Shown piece by piece: positions 17,949 through 28,000 of a DNA stretch of 64,000 nucleotides (position 1 is the first letter of the stretch; each line of letters starts with the position of its first letter). The stretch spans positions 36,686-100,685 of the forward strand of contig JBEBGD010000009.1 in the NCBI GenBank assembly GCA_040081625.1. The letters are read 5' to 3'. A program made the translations under genes and the position numbers. This DNA is from Chthoniobacteraceae bacterium (lineage in GTDB: Bacteria; Verrucomicrobiota; Verrucomicrobiia; Chthoniobacterales; Chthoniobacteraceae). The notes below the pieces were generated by a model, which saw only the letters and a program-made list of their open reading frames with translations, ran no database searches and was not told the DNA's origin.

Positions 17949-19700
17949 TTATGCCGGCGCGAGGTCGCGGCGCTCAATGCCGTTCTTTTGCTCGAACTCC
18001 TTGCACCAGCCTTTGATTTCCGTGTCGTTGAAAATCTTGCCGATGACGCGGCGGAGCAGGCCCTTGAGGCTTGGGTTTTCGAGGTCGCGCAGGCTGCGGA
18101 TGGCTTCCTCCTTGTAGCGCTCGAGCAGGTCGCGGCAGCGGTCGTCAGCTTTGAGTTCGGCGTAGAGTTTCTCCACGTCGGCGACGGTCCAGCCTTCGGG
18201 CATCTGGCGCGACCAGAGTTGCGTGGTGGAGATGCGACTGTCGCACTCGGCGCGTTCGTGCGCGGTCGCGAGGAGCAGGCTCGGGCGCAGGCCGGAGATG
18301 TCGCTGGTGTCTTCGCTCTGGCCGAGGTCGGCGAGGTCGTCGCGGATCTGGTAGGCGATGCCGAGCGCTTCGCTGAAGTCGGCAAGCGTGCTCTCGACTT
18401 CCTCGTAGTCTGCGAGACCGGCGTAGATCGCGCCGAGACGGAGCGCGACCTCGAAGGCCGGCGCGGTCTTGCGGCGGAAAATGTCGAGCACTTCGACGCT
18501 CGTGAGCGGCTGCGGCTTGCGCGCCCAGCACAGCTCGGCGCCCTGGCCGCGGCAGAGTTCGCGCTGGCCTTCGGCGGCGACGCGGAGCATCACGGCTTTC
18601 TGCTCGGCGGTGGCGCGGCAGGCGGCGAGAAGACGGTAGCCTTCGCCGATGAGGAGGTCGCCGACGTTGAGCGCGACGGCGACGCCGTGCTCGGCGTGCA
18701 GCGTGGGCTCGCCGTAGCGCTGCGTGTCTTCGTCTTCGATATCGTCGTGGATGAGCGAGGCTTTGTGGAAGCACTCGATGGCGACGGCGACTTTGCGCAG
18801 ATCTTCGGGCAGCGGTGCCTTCGACTCGCCGCGCAACGCGCGATACGCGCCGACGGTGAGGAAGGGGCGCCAGCGTTTGCCGGCGCGCATGAGCCACTCG
18901 CGCGCGATTTTTTCCGTCTCGCCCTGCGGCGCGCCCATGATGGCGTCGAGGTTCAGCGGCGTGAACCAGAAATCGACTTCGTCGCGCAGCGCGCCGAGGT
19001 CGAGCCGGCGCGTGTGGTCGTCGCCGGAGAGGTGGATGTATTCCCAGACCCAGTCGAGATCGACGTTGGTGTCGATGCAGTCGTCCTGGAGCAGCGGCAC
19101 GGCGACGCCGGGGATGGCGGCGGCTTCCATGTAGGGAAAGGCGCGCTCGAGCACGCTGATGCAGCTCACGCCGACGATGGCCTCGATCTTCCCGGTCTGG
19201 ATGAGCGACATGACGATCGCGCTGCCCTCCGCGACGAGCACCGCGTAGCCGAGGCGCTCGGCTTCGGCCTGAAGATCCTGAATCGAACAAAGGCCACACT
19301 GTTTGCAGAGCAGGCCGAATTCATCGAACGGCGCGGGGCATTTGCTCTCGACGCGCAGGCACTTCGGCAGAAGGAGAAGTCGGCGCTCGTATGGCACGGC
19401 GGCGAGTTGCTCGCGCCACATTTCGTTGTTGATGAGCACGCCGCAGTAGTCGCGATAGACCGGGTCGATGCGGTGCATCGCGACGAATCGGTCCGCGTGC
19501 TCCTTGAGTTGGTCCTGCGGCAGCGGCGGCACGGGATTGAACTCCGCGACGTAGGCGCGCGTGAGGTGCAGGATGCGCGTCCGCTCGATCGGCGTCTGCG
19601 GGACGTTCTTTTTCGGCGGCCGGATTTTCTGTGTCGGGACCGCGCGGGGAAGGGAGAGGGAGATGGGCGGAGCGTCGGTCCGAGCGGGAGTCTGCGACAT
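17949..19700 (-). CDS. DUF116 domain fused to trans-polyprenyl diphosphate synthase
   Basis: N-terminal Cys motif LPKCLR..KC..LCKQCGLCSI, GVSC; then GKRWRP, FARM DDIED, GQ, KTA, SARM YQIRDDLAD. Confidence 0.85.
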   Translation of the reverse strand: MSQTPARTDAPPISLSLPRAVPTQKIRPPKKNVPQTPIERTRILHLTRAYVAEFNPVPPLPQDQLKEHADRFVAMHRIDPVYRDYCGVLINNEMWREQLAAVPYERRLLLLPKCLRVESKCPAPFDEFGLLCKQCGLCSIQDLQAEAERLGYAVLVAEGSAIVMSLIQTGKIEAIVGVSCISVLERAFPYMEAAAIPGVAVPLLQDDCIDTNVDLDWVWEYIHLSGDDHTRRLDLGALRDEVDFWFTPLNLDAIMGAPQGETEKIAREWLMRAGKRWRPFLTVGAYRALRGESKAPLPEDLRKVAVAIECFHKASLIHDDIEDEDTQRYGEPTLHAEHGVAVALNVGDLLIGEGYRLLAACRATAEQKAVMLRVAAEGQRELCRGQGAELCWARKPQPLTSVEVLDIFRRKTAPAFEVALRLGAIYAGLADYEEVESTLADFSEALGIAYQIRDDLADLGQSEDTSDISGLRPSLLLATAHERAECDSRISTTQLWSRQMPEGWTVADVEKLYAELKADDRCRDLLERYKEEAIRSLRDLENPSLKGLLRRVIGKIFNDTEIKGWCKEFEQKNGIERRDLAPA

Positions 19701-19784
19701 GGTGGGCGATTATTCGAGTCGGGTGAACAAAGCGCAAGGTATGAAGTTTCTTAGCTTCGCGGGCGAGTGCTCAAATGGGTGGGC

Positions 19785-19821
19785 AAAAGAAAACCGGCGC
19801 CCGCGGTGAGCGAGCGCCGGT
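19785..19821 (-). terminator. Intrinsic terminator of the 19849-20331 gene
   Basis: Minus strand accggcgctcgc-tcacc-gcgggcgccggt followed by tttctttt. Confidence 0.8.
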
Positions 19822-19848
19822 CGTTGGAGCTTCGATGGAAGCGGGGAG

Positions 19849-20331
19849 TTACTCCTTCTTCGCGTCGGCTTTTTTCGCCGCGGGCTTTTTCTCGCCCTCG
19901 GCTGCGGGTTTCTTGGCACCCTCCTTCGCGGCTCTCGGAGCGGCGGGGCCGAACTTCGTGATCTTCACGACCTCGTATTCGGTCTCGCTCTTCTTGATGC
20001 GCGAACCGGCGACCGTGTCGCCGACCTTGATGTCCTCGAACTTCGCCGCCGCGCCGGCGTTCTTCACCTCGGCGGTCGGGGACAGGACGTGTTTGACGTC
20101 GTAGCCGTCCTTGCGCTTGGTGACGAAGCTCTTCGCCGCCACGTCGATCGAATCGACGCGGTTGTTCATCGCGATCGGCTTGGTGGCCGCGCCTTCGGCG
20201 GCGGGTTTCTTCGCCTCGGCGGCGGGGGCCGCGCCTTCCTTCTTGGGTGCTTTCTTTTCCGCCGCAAAGGTCGCGGTCGGCACGATAACGGCAATCGCCG
20301 TGAGGATGCTCAGTGAGCTGAACAGTTTCAT
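19849..20331 (-). CDS. Secreted Lys/Ala-rich small beta-barrel (DUF5666-like) protein
   Basis: Signal peptide, DIKVGDTV motif, AEAKKPAA repeats, own terminator. Confidence 0.7.
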   Translation of the reverse strand: MKLFSSLSILTAIAVIVPTATFAAEKKAPKKEGAAPAAEAKKPAAEGAATKPIAMNNRVDSIDVAAKSFVTKRKDGYDVKHVLSPTAEVKNAGAAAKFEDIKVGDTVAGSRIKKSETEYEVVKITKFGPAAPRAAKEGAKKPAAEGEKKPAAKKADAKKE

Positions 20332-20486
20332 GGTGTTATCTAGTTTTGTTTCCAGGGTTTAATGGCAGTCCGCGGGACCGAACTTCAGCCTCGCTTGCCA
20401 CCTCGCGGGCTAGCGGAAATCCCGCCGCCGCGTCAATCACGATTTTTCGGTTTCGCGGGGTCGCCCGGAGGCGCTACGGGAAGGCC

Positions 20487-20939
20487 ATGCGCGCCGTCAT
20501 CCAGCGAGTCAGTTCCGCGAGCGTCACCGTCGAAGCCGAAGTCGTCGGCGCGATCGGGCGTGGGCTGCTCGTGCTCGTGGGGAAAGAGGACGCGGATACC
20601 GCGGAGGATATCGAGTGGCTGGCGGGGAAGATCGTCGCGATGCGGCTCTTCGGCGACGACGCCGGGCCGTGGGCGAAGAGCGTGATCGAGATCGGCGGCG
20701 AGGTGTTGGTGGTGAGCCAGTTCACGCTGCACGCCTCGACGAAGAAGGGCACGAAGCCGAGCTGGCACCGCGCCGCGAAGCCGGACATCGCAATCCCGCT
20801 TTACGAGGCGCTCATCGCGAAGCTCACCGCGCTCCTCGGCAAGCCGCCGCAGACCGGGCGCTTCGGCGCGATGATGCAGGTCGCGCTCGTGAACGACGGG
20901 CCTGTGACGATCATCATCGACACCAAGACCCGCGAATGA
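20487..20939 (+). CDS. dtd: D-aminoacyl-tRNA deacylase
   Basis: [20 protein letters not shown]. Confidence 0.95.
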   Translation: MRAVIQRVSSASVTVEAEVVGAIGRGLLVLVGKEDADTAEDIEWLAGKIVAMRLFGDDAGPWAKSVIEIGGEVLVVSQFTLHASTKKGTKPSWHRAAKPDIAIPLYEALIAKLTALLGKPPQTGRFGAMMQVALVNDGPVTIIIDTKTRE

Positions 20940-20959
20940 TTCCGCTCTACGCTCGACGC

Positions 20960-21610
20960 ATGAACTCACGCCTTACCGCTTTCATTCTGCTGGTCCTCGC
21001 CTGCTCCGCGCCTGCCGGCGAGTGGCAGGCGATTTTCAATGGCAAGGACCTGACCGGCTGGAAACCAAATCGGCAGCCGGAAGCCTTCACCGTGGTGGAC
21101 GGTGCGATCCGCACACACGCGACAGAGCCCTACGCACACCTTTTCTACGTCGGCGACGGATCGCCGGAAGCGGGGCGGTTCAAGAACTTCGAGATCGAGG
21201 CGACGGTGCGCGGCGAGCCGAGCTCGAACTCGGGCATCTACTTCCACACCGACATCGCCAGCGGCGAAGGCCCGCGCTTGAAGCTGACGAAGGGCTACGA
21301 GGTGCAGGTCAATTCGACGGAGAAGGAAAAGCGGAAAACGGGGAGCCTCTACGCGGTCGTCGATCTCGCGGAATCGCCGGTCGATGAGGCGCAGTGGTTC
21401 AAGCTGCGCATCCGCGTCGAAGGCCGGCGCATCGTGGTGCATGTGAACGACAAGCAGACCGTCGATTACACCGAGCCCGACAACGCGCCGCGGCTCAAAG
21501 GATTCACGGGCCGATTGCTCGACCCGAGCGGCGGCTCGATCGCGCTGCAAGCGCACGACCCGGACAGCGTCGTGTGCTTCAAGGAAATCCGCATCCGCCG
21601 CCTGCCCTAG
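20960..21610 (+). CDS. DUF1080 (3-keto-disaccharide hydrolase-like) secreted protein
   Basis: IFNGKDLTGW, NSGIYF, GYEVQ, TGSLY, IALQAHD. Alternative start at 20936. Confidence 0.85.
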   Translation: MNSRLTAFILLVLACSAPAGEWQAIFNGKDLTGWKPNRQPEAFTVVDGAIRTHATEPYAHLFYVGDGSPEAGRFKNFEIEATVRGEPSSNSGIYFHTDIASGEGPRLKLTKGYEVQVNSTEKEKRKTGSLYAVVDLAESPVDEAQWFKLRIRVEGRRIVVHVNDKQTVDYTEPDNAPRLKGFTGRLLDPSGGSIALQAHDPDSVVCFKEIRIRRLP

Positions 21611-21627
21611 GCGTGGCTCATCGATCG

Positions 21628-23421
21628 ATGAAACACATCCTGACCGCAGCACTAGCATTCATCGGCTTGCTCCACGCGGAGGAGCCCGCGGTGCCGCCGG
21701 GCGCGGTTGCGCTGCTTCCGGTCACGGCATTGAAGCCGACGAACCCGAAGCCGGAGGAAGGCACGATCACACAAGCGGATGGCGTGTGGCGGCTCACGTC
21801 GCCGGGGAAGCTCGAGAAATCCTACAACCTCGCGGTGAGCCGCACCTTCACGCAGCCGATCGCGAAGGATCAGGTGTGCCTCTTCGTCATCAAGGCGCGC
21901 GCAGTGCAGAGCGAACGCGCGGATGGAAAAGGCAAGCTCACCGCTGCGGTGCAGAACACGAAGGACTACGCGAGCGGAGTCTTGTGGCGGAATTGGGTCG
22001 TCGGCAAAGAATGGGAGACGACGTTCTTCGCCTTCCAGGCCGAGCATGAACTGCCGGGTGGCGTGGGCGTGGCGAAGCTGAACGCGGGCGAAGCGAAGCA
22101 GGTGATCGAGATCGCGGACTTCCAGGTGTATCGCTTTCCGGCCGGCTTCGATGTCTTCAAGGCGCCGCAGATGAAGAAGACCTACGGCGGGCGCGAACCC
22201 GATGCGCCGTGGCGTGAGGAAGCTGAGGAACGAATCGCGAAACTGCGCCGCGGCGAACTGCTCGTGCGCGTCGTCGATGCCGAAGGCAAGGCGGTCGCAG
22301 GCGCGAACGTGAAGGTCGCGATGAAGCGGCATCTGTTCGGCTTCGGCAGCGCGGTGGATCCGGTGATGCTTTCCGCGCTCGACACAGAACTCCCGTCCGA
22401 CGACCAGCGAAAATACCGCAGCACGACCGACGAGCTCTTCAGCCGCATCGTGCCGGAGAACGGGCTGCGCGTGAACCAGATCGACGTGGACGACGATCCC
22501 TCAAAACCGTGGGCGACCGAGTATCAGCGCCGCAATCGCGCCGCCACGCTGTGGATGATGCAATGGGCGCAGGATCGGCGGATGAGCACGCGCGGGCATT
22601 ACCTCGTGTGGTGCTATCTCGAGGAATGGGCGCGCAAGATCGTGAAGGAGCGCGGAGTCGCCGGCCTGCTCGACGCCTACGACCGGCATTTCCGATTCGT
22701 GCTGCCCTTCTGCGCGCCCTACGTCGCCGAGTGGGACGCGCTCAATCATCCCGTCCCCTTCTACGAACCCGACGCGCTCTACAAGGTGATCGGCCCCGAC
22801 TTCTACGCGGACATCTACAAAAAGATCCGCGCGCAAACCGACAAGCCGCTCTTCGTGAACGAAGACGCCTTCACAGCCGAGCGCGCCGACGGCTTCGAGA
22901 AGCACGTGCGCCGCATGATCGAGCGCGGCGCCACGCCCGATGGCTGCGGCTTCCAAAGCCACTACCAGGACTACGAGCCGCCGGCACTCGACGAGATCTG
23001 GCAGATGTGGAATCGCCTCGGCGCGCTCGTGAAATACCTCACCGTCACCGAATACGATTTCCAATCGCTCGACGACGAACTGCACGCCGACCACATGCGC
23101 GACATGCTCACACTCGCGTTTTCGCATCCGCAGATGACCGGCTTCGTGATCTGGGGCTTTTGGGAAAAGCGGCACTGGAAGCCGACGGCGGCGATGTTCC
23201 GCGCCGACTGGTCCGAGCGGCCCGCGGTGAAAGTGTGGCGCGACCTCGTGAAGACGAAGTGGTGGACGAACGCCACGCTCACCAGCGATGCCGACGGGAA
23301 GGTGACGCTGCCCGCGTATTACGGTTCGTATGACATCACCATCGAGAAGGACGGCAAAACGAAGGCGCACGAAATCAAACACGTCACGAGCAGCGGCAGG
23401 CCGGTGCTGAAACTCGAATGA
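21628..23421 (+). CDS. GH10 endo-1,4-beta-xylanase-like protein with N-terminal beta-sandwich
   Basis: VPEN, RGHYLVW, WDALNH, GFQSH, TEYD, IWGFWE; signal peptide. Confidence 0.8.
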   Translation: MKHILTAALAFIGLLHAEEPAVPPGAVALLPVTALKPTNPKPEEGTITQADGVWRLTSPGKLEKSYNLAVSRTFTQPIAKDQVCLFVIKARAVQSERADGKGKLTAAVQNTKDYASGVLWRNWVVGKEWETTFFAFQAEHELPGGVGVAKLNAGEAKQVIEIADFQVYRFPAGFDVFKAPQMKKTYGGREPDAPWREEAEERIAKLRRGELLVRVVDAEGKAVAGANVKVAMKRHLFGFGSAVDPVMLSALDTELPSDDQRKYRSTTDELFSRIVPENGLRVNQIDVDDDPSKPWATEYQRRNRAATLWMMQWAQDRRMSTRGHYLVWCYLEEWARKIVKERGVAGLLDAYDRHFRFVLPFCAPYVAEWDALNHPVPFYEPDALYKVIGPDFYADIYKKIRAQTDKPLFVNEDAFTAERADGFEKHVRRMIERGATPDGCGFQSHYQDYEPPALDEIWQMWNRLGALVKYLTVTEYDFQSLDDELHADHMRDMLTLAFSHPQMTGFVIWGFWEKRHWKPTAAMFRADWSERPAVKVWRDLVKTKWWTNATLTSDADGKVTLPAYYGSYDITIEKDGKTKAHEIKHVTSSGRPVLKLE

Positions 23422-24344
23422 ACAATCTCCTCGCGATCGAGATCGGCGGCACGAAGACGCAGCTCTATGCCGGCACGGACCGCGGCGAGATCCTCGAGCG
23501 GCGGCGCTTTGCCGTGCGGCGCGACGCGGGTGGCGCGGGCATCCGCGAAGACCTCGCGAGTGCGCTGCCGGAGATGATCGAACGGTGGAAACCGGCAGCG
23601 ATCGGCGTCGGCTACGGCGGGCCGGTGGACTGGCGGAGCGGGCGCATCGTGAAGTCGCATCACGTCGCGGGCTGGGATGGATTTCCGTTTGGTGAATGGC
23701 TCGCGGAGCGCGCTGGCGTGCCGGTCTTTGTGGAGAACGACGCGAACGTCGCGTGCCTCGGCGAGGCGTTGCAAGGCGCGGGCCGCGGGTGCGATCCAGT
23801 CTTCTGGGTGAACATCGGCAGCGGCGTCGGCGGCGGGCTCGTGAGCGGCGGGCGCATCTACCACGGCGCGACACCGGGCGAAGTCGAGATCGGCCACGTG
23901 CGGCTGGAGCGCGACGGGACGATCGTCGAGGATCGTTGCTCGGGCTGGGGCGTGGATCGGGCGATCCGAACGGAAGTCGCCACGAACCCCGCGAGCGCGC
24001 TGGCGCAGATCGTCGGCGCGCATCCGATCGGCAGCGAAGCGAAGCACCTCGCACCGGCGCTCGCGCAGGGCTGCGCTGCGGCGGCGAAAGTTTTGGCGCA
24101 CGCGACGCGGGAGCTGGCCTTCGCGCTCTCGCACGCTGTGCATCTGCTCCACCCGGAGGTCATCGTGGTCGGCGGCGGCATGTCGCTGCTCGGCGAGCCG
24201 CTGCGCGCCGAACTCGCGGAACACCTTCCGGGATTTCTGATGGACGCTTTCAAGCCCGGCCCGCGCGTCGCGCTCGCCGCGCTGCGCGAGGACGCGGTGC
24301 CGGTCGGCGCGCTTGCCCTTGCGGCGCAACGGCTCACGGCTTAA
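23418..24344 (+). CDS. ROK family sugar kinase
   Basis: IEIGGTK, ENDANVA, GSGVGGG, EIGH. Confidence 0.9.
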   Translation: MNNLLAIEIGGTKTQLYAGTDRGEILERRRFAVRRDAGGAGIREDLASALPEMIERWKPAAIGVGYGGPVDWRSGRIVKSHHVAGWDGFPFGEWLAERAGVPVFVENDANVACLGEALQGAGRGCDPVFWVNIGSGVGGGLVSGGRIYHGATPGEVEIGHVRLERDGTIVEDRCSGWGVDRAIRTEVATNPASALAQIVGAHPIGSEAKHLAPALAQGCAAAAKVLAHATRELAFALSHAVHLLHPEVIVVGGGMSLLGEPLRAELAEHLPGFLMDAFKPGPRVALAALREDAVPVGALALAAQRLTA

Positions 24345-24359
24345 GCGCACGCCTTTCCC

Positions 24360-24929
24360 ATGCAAGACTGGATCACCGAATATCTCGCCGCCCAAAATCG
24401 CGCCGTCGATTCCATCAAGCCCGCCGACGTGGCCGCGCTCATCGACACGCTGCGTGCGGCGCACAAGGCCGACGCGCAAATCTTCGCCTGCGGCAATGGC
24501 GGCAACGCGGCGAACATGTCGCACTTCATCACCGACCTAGGAAAGAATTCGAGCGAGGCGATGGGCCGTCCGTTCCGCTGCCTGTCGATCAACGACAACG
24601 TGTCGTGGATGACGGCGATCGGGAACGACTACGCTTACGAGGACATCTTCTGGCGGCAGCTCCAGAATTATGCGCGGCCCGGCGACGTGCTCATCACCTC
24701 GAGCGTGAGCGGCAACTCGCCGAACGTCGTGAAGGCGCTCGAGTGGGGAAAGACTCACGGCTTGAAAAGCATCGCGCTCGTCGGTGGAAAGCGCGGTCGC
24801 GCGGCGCAGGTCGCCGACCAGGTGCTCGTCGTCGAAGACACGCACTACGGCCGCGTCGAGGACGCGCAGATGCACGTGCTGCACATGCTCTGCTACGGCT
24901 TCGTCGAGCGGGCGGAAGCGCGCGCATAG
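24360..24929 (+). CDS. SIS-domain sugar-phosphate isomerase (GmhA-like)
   Basis: CGNGG, AIGND, SVSGNSPNV. Confidence 0.85.
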   Translation: MQDWITEYLAAQNRAVDSIKPADVAALIDTLRAAHKADAQIFACGNGGNAANMSHFITDLGKNSSEAMGRPFRCLSINDNVSWMTAIGNDYAYEDIFWRQLQNYARPGDVLITSSVSGNSPNVVKALEWGKTHGLKSIALVGGKRGRAAQVADQVLVVEDTHYGRVEDAQMHVLHMLCYGFVERAEARA

Positions 24930-25003
24930 AGGCACGGCGGACGCGTGAACGCGGGTGGTGGGCGGCGGGTTTTCTGCTAACGGTTCGGGAGTTCCCCGCT
25001 GCC

Positions 25004-28000
25004 ATGCATTGGATCAAGATCCACGTCTTCCGCCCGCTCTGCGCGGCTTTGCTCCTCGTCGGAGCGGGCCCGGCACGCGCGGAGTTGGTGCATCGCTGGT
25101 CGTTCGATGAACCGGCGGGTGCCGTCGCTGCGGGCACCACATTCAGCGATTCGATCTCCGGCGCGCCCGCCACAGTCGTCGGGATCAATGCCTCCGCGAG
25201 CGGCGCTGCGCTAACGCTGCCGGGCAGTACCTCGGCCGCGACGACGCCGGCCAATTCGATCCCGGCTTACCTCGATCTGCCGAATGGAATCATCTCGTCG
25301 AAAACGAACCTCACCGTCGAGATCTGGGCCACGCCGCTGGCGACCCGCAGCAATCAACACCTCTTCGATTTCGGGCGGATGAACATCGCCGGCATCGGCC
25401 CCGGCGCCGCCCCCGGTGAAGTGACCAACAACTCGACCACCGCGACCGGCACGACCACTCCGAGCGACAGTCTAAGCCTGAATATCTCGCGCGGGAACGT
25501 GCTGAACCAGAATCGGCTCTCGGGCCAGATCAACGGTGGCACCGCCGTGCAACTCGACACCACGCTGACCACGGCGACGGGCACGCAATATCAATACGTC
25601 GTCGTCTTCGCGGACAACGGCGCGGGCGGAGGGCGGGCGAGCTGGTATCGCGATGGCGCGCTCATCGGCTCGATCGACCTCGCCTTCCGGCTCGCCGACA
25701 TCGAGGACGTAAACAACTGGCTCGGGCGGTCGCAAAACAGCGCGTTCTTCGTAGCGAACGTCGCCTACGACGAGGTGCGGATATACGATCACGCCTTCAC
25801 GCCGGTCGAAGTCGCGTCGAGCCGGCTGCTCGGGCCGAACCCCGCGCTGCCTGTCGCCGCAGCCGACGCGATCACCATGCGGCACGGACAGAAGGCGGGT
25901 CTCGCTGTGCTTGCGAATGACACGAGCGAGGTCTCGGCGCGGGTGGTGCAGGCGCCGCTGTCCGGCACCGCCGTGGCGGTCTCGAATGGCCGCATCCTCT
26001 ACACTCACACCTCCGGCGCGCCGGCGACGGACAGCTTCACTTATTGCGCTGTGAACGCCGCTGGCGAGTCGGAGACCACGGTGACGATCACGTTTGCCGC
26101 GAGCCTGCGTCTGCCGGGCCCGTGGACCGACGTGCCCGCCAATCCGCCGCCGACCACCTATCAGCAGGTCGATGCCTTCTCGCCAAATATCACCTTCACC
26201 GACCCTACGTGCCTCGCGACGCCGCCCGGTGAGACGGACCGCCTTTTCGTCTGCCAAAAGGGCGGGCTGCTCCGCGTCGTGCCGAGCATCTCGGCGACGC
26301 CGCCGACCGCGAGCACGTTCATGAACCTCTCCGCGCTGCTAGCGTCGCGCGGCGAAGCGATCAGCACCACGAGCGAGCAAGGCCTGCTCGGCCTCGCCTT
26401 TCACCCGAACTACGCGGTGAACGGCTTTTTCTATCTCTTCTACTCCGTCACCGTCGGTAGTTCGGTCTATGAGCGCGTGTCGCGTTTCAACGCGGATGCG
26501 ACGGATCCCAATCTCGCCGACACGACCTCGGAGCTGGTGCTCATCGAGCAGCGCGACGACGCGGGCAATCACAACGGCGGCGACCTGCACTTTGGCCCGG
26601 ATGGCTATCTCTACGTTTCGCTCGGCGACGAGGGGAACCAGAACGACTCGCTGAACAACTCGCAGCGCATCACCAAGGACTTCCTCTCCGCGATCCTGCG
26701 CATCGACGTGGACAAGCGCCCCGGGAATCTCGAGCCCAACGCGAACCCGAACCCCGCGATCTATCCCACCAATCCTCCGCCGGACGCGGTCAAGCGCGAC
26801 GCAGGCATCGCGCGATACAGCATCCCGGCAGACAACCCGTTCGTGCCGCCGACGCCGGGCAACCCGCCCGGCCCGTGGAACGGCAACTTCAACGGCACGG
26901 CGATCCCGACCGCGGACCTTCCCTATGTGCGCTCGGAGTTCTGGGCCGTCGGCTTCCGTAATCCGTGGCGCATGTCCTTCGATCCCGCGACCGGCGAGCT
27001 GTGGGTCGGCGATGTCGGCGGCGACGCGCGCGAGGAGGTGGATGTCGTCACGGCGGGGAAAAACTACGGCTGGGCTTATCGCGAGGGCTTCATCAACGGG
27101 CCGAAGTCCGCCTCGGCGCCCGCGAATTTCGACGCGGTCTATCACACGCGGCCCGTCTATGAATATCACCACACCGTCGCGACGGGCGATCCGAACTTCG
27201 AGGGCGACTCGGTCACCGGCGGCGTGGTCTATCGCGGCTCTCGGCTCTCGAATCTCGTCGGCGCCTACATCTTTGCGGACCATGTCTCGGGCAACGTGTG
27301 GAGCCTGCGGCGCAACGGCGCGGCTGCGCCGACGGTCGAGCGGATCTTCGGGTCGGGCGGCATCAGCGCTTTCGGCCGGGATCCATCCAATGGCGACGTG
27401 CTCATCGCCAACCTCAGCACCGATCGCGTCCGGCGGCTGGTCGGCAGCGCAGCGCCCACCGCATTTCCGCAGACGCTCGGCGCCACCGGGCTCTTCGCCG
27501 ACCTCACCGATCTTGCGCCGAATCCCGGCCTCGTGCCTTACACGGTGAATCTCCAATTTTGGAGCGACCACGCGCTCAAACGCCGCTGGTTCACGCTGCC
27601 CGTCGGGCTCCCGGGCATGACGTGGTCGCGCGACGGTCTGTGGGATTTTTCCGCCGGGCAGTTCTGGGTGAAGCACTTCGACCTCGAACTCGAGCGCGGC
27701 AATCCCGCCACCGCGAAGCGCATCGAGACGCGGCTGCTCGTGCGCAATGCCGCTGGCGTCTATGGCGTGAGCTATCGCTGGGACGATGCCGGCACAGACG
27801 CCACCCTCGTCGCCGATGAAGGCGTGGAGTTTCCCTTGAATGTAAGTGTCGCCGGCACGCCGACGGTCCAGACCTGGCGCATCCCGAGCCGCGCGCAGTG
27901 CGTGAGCTGTCACACCGCGCAAGGTGGCCATGCGCTCTCCTTCACCACTCGCCAACTTAACCGCGACGACAACCTCCAGGGCGCGATCGGCAACACGCTC

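Noticed and set aside
23696..25003. 436-aa N-terminal extension of the 1696-aa ORF
   Set aside because: Overlaps the ROK and SIS genes in another frame; the real start with a signal peptide is at 25004.
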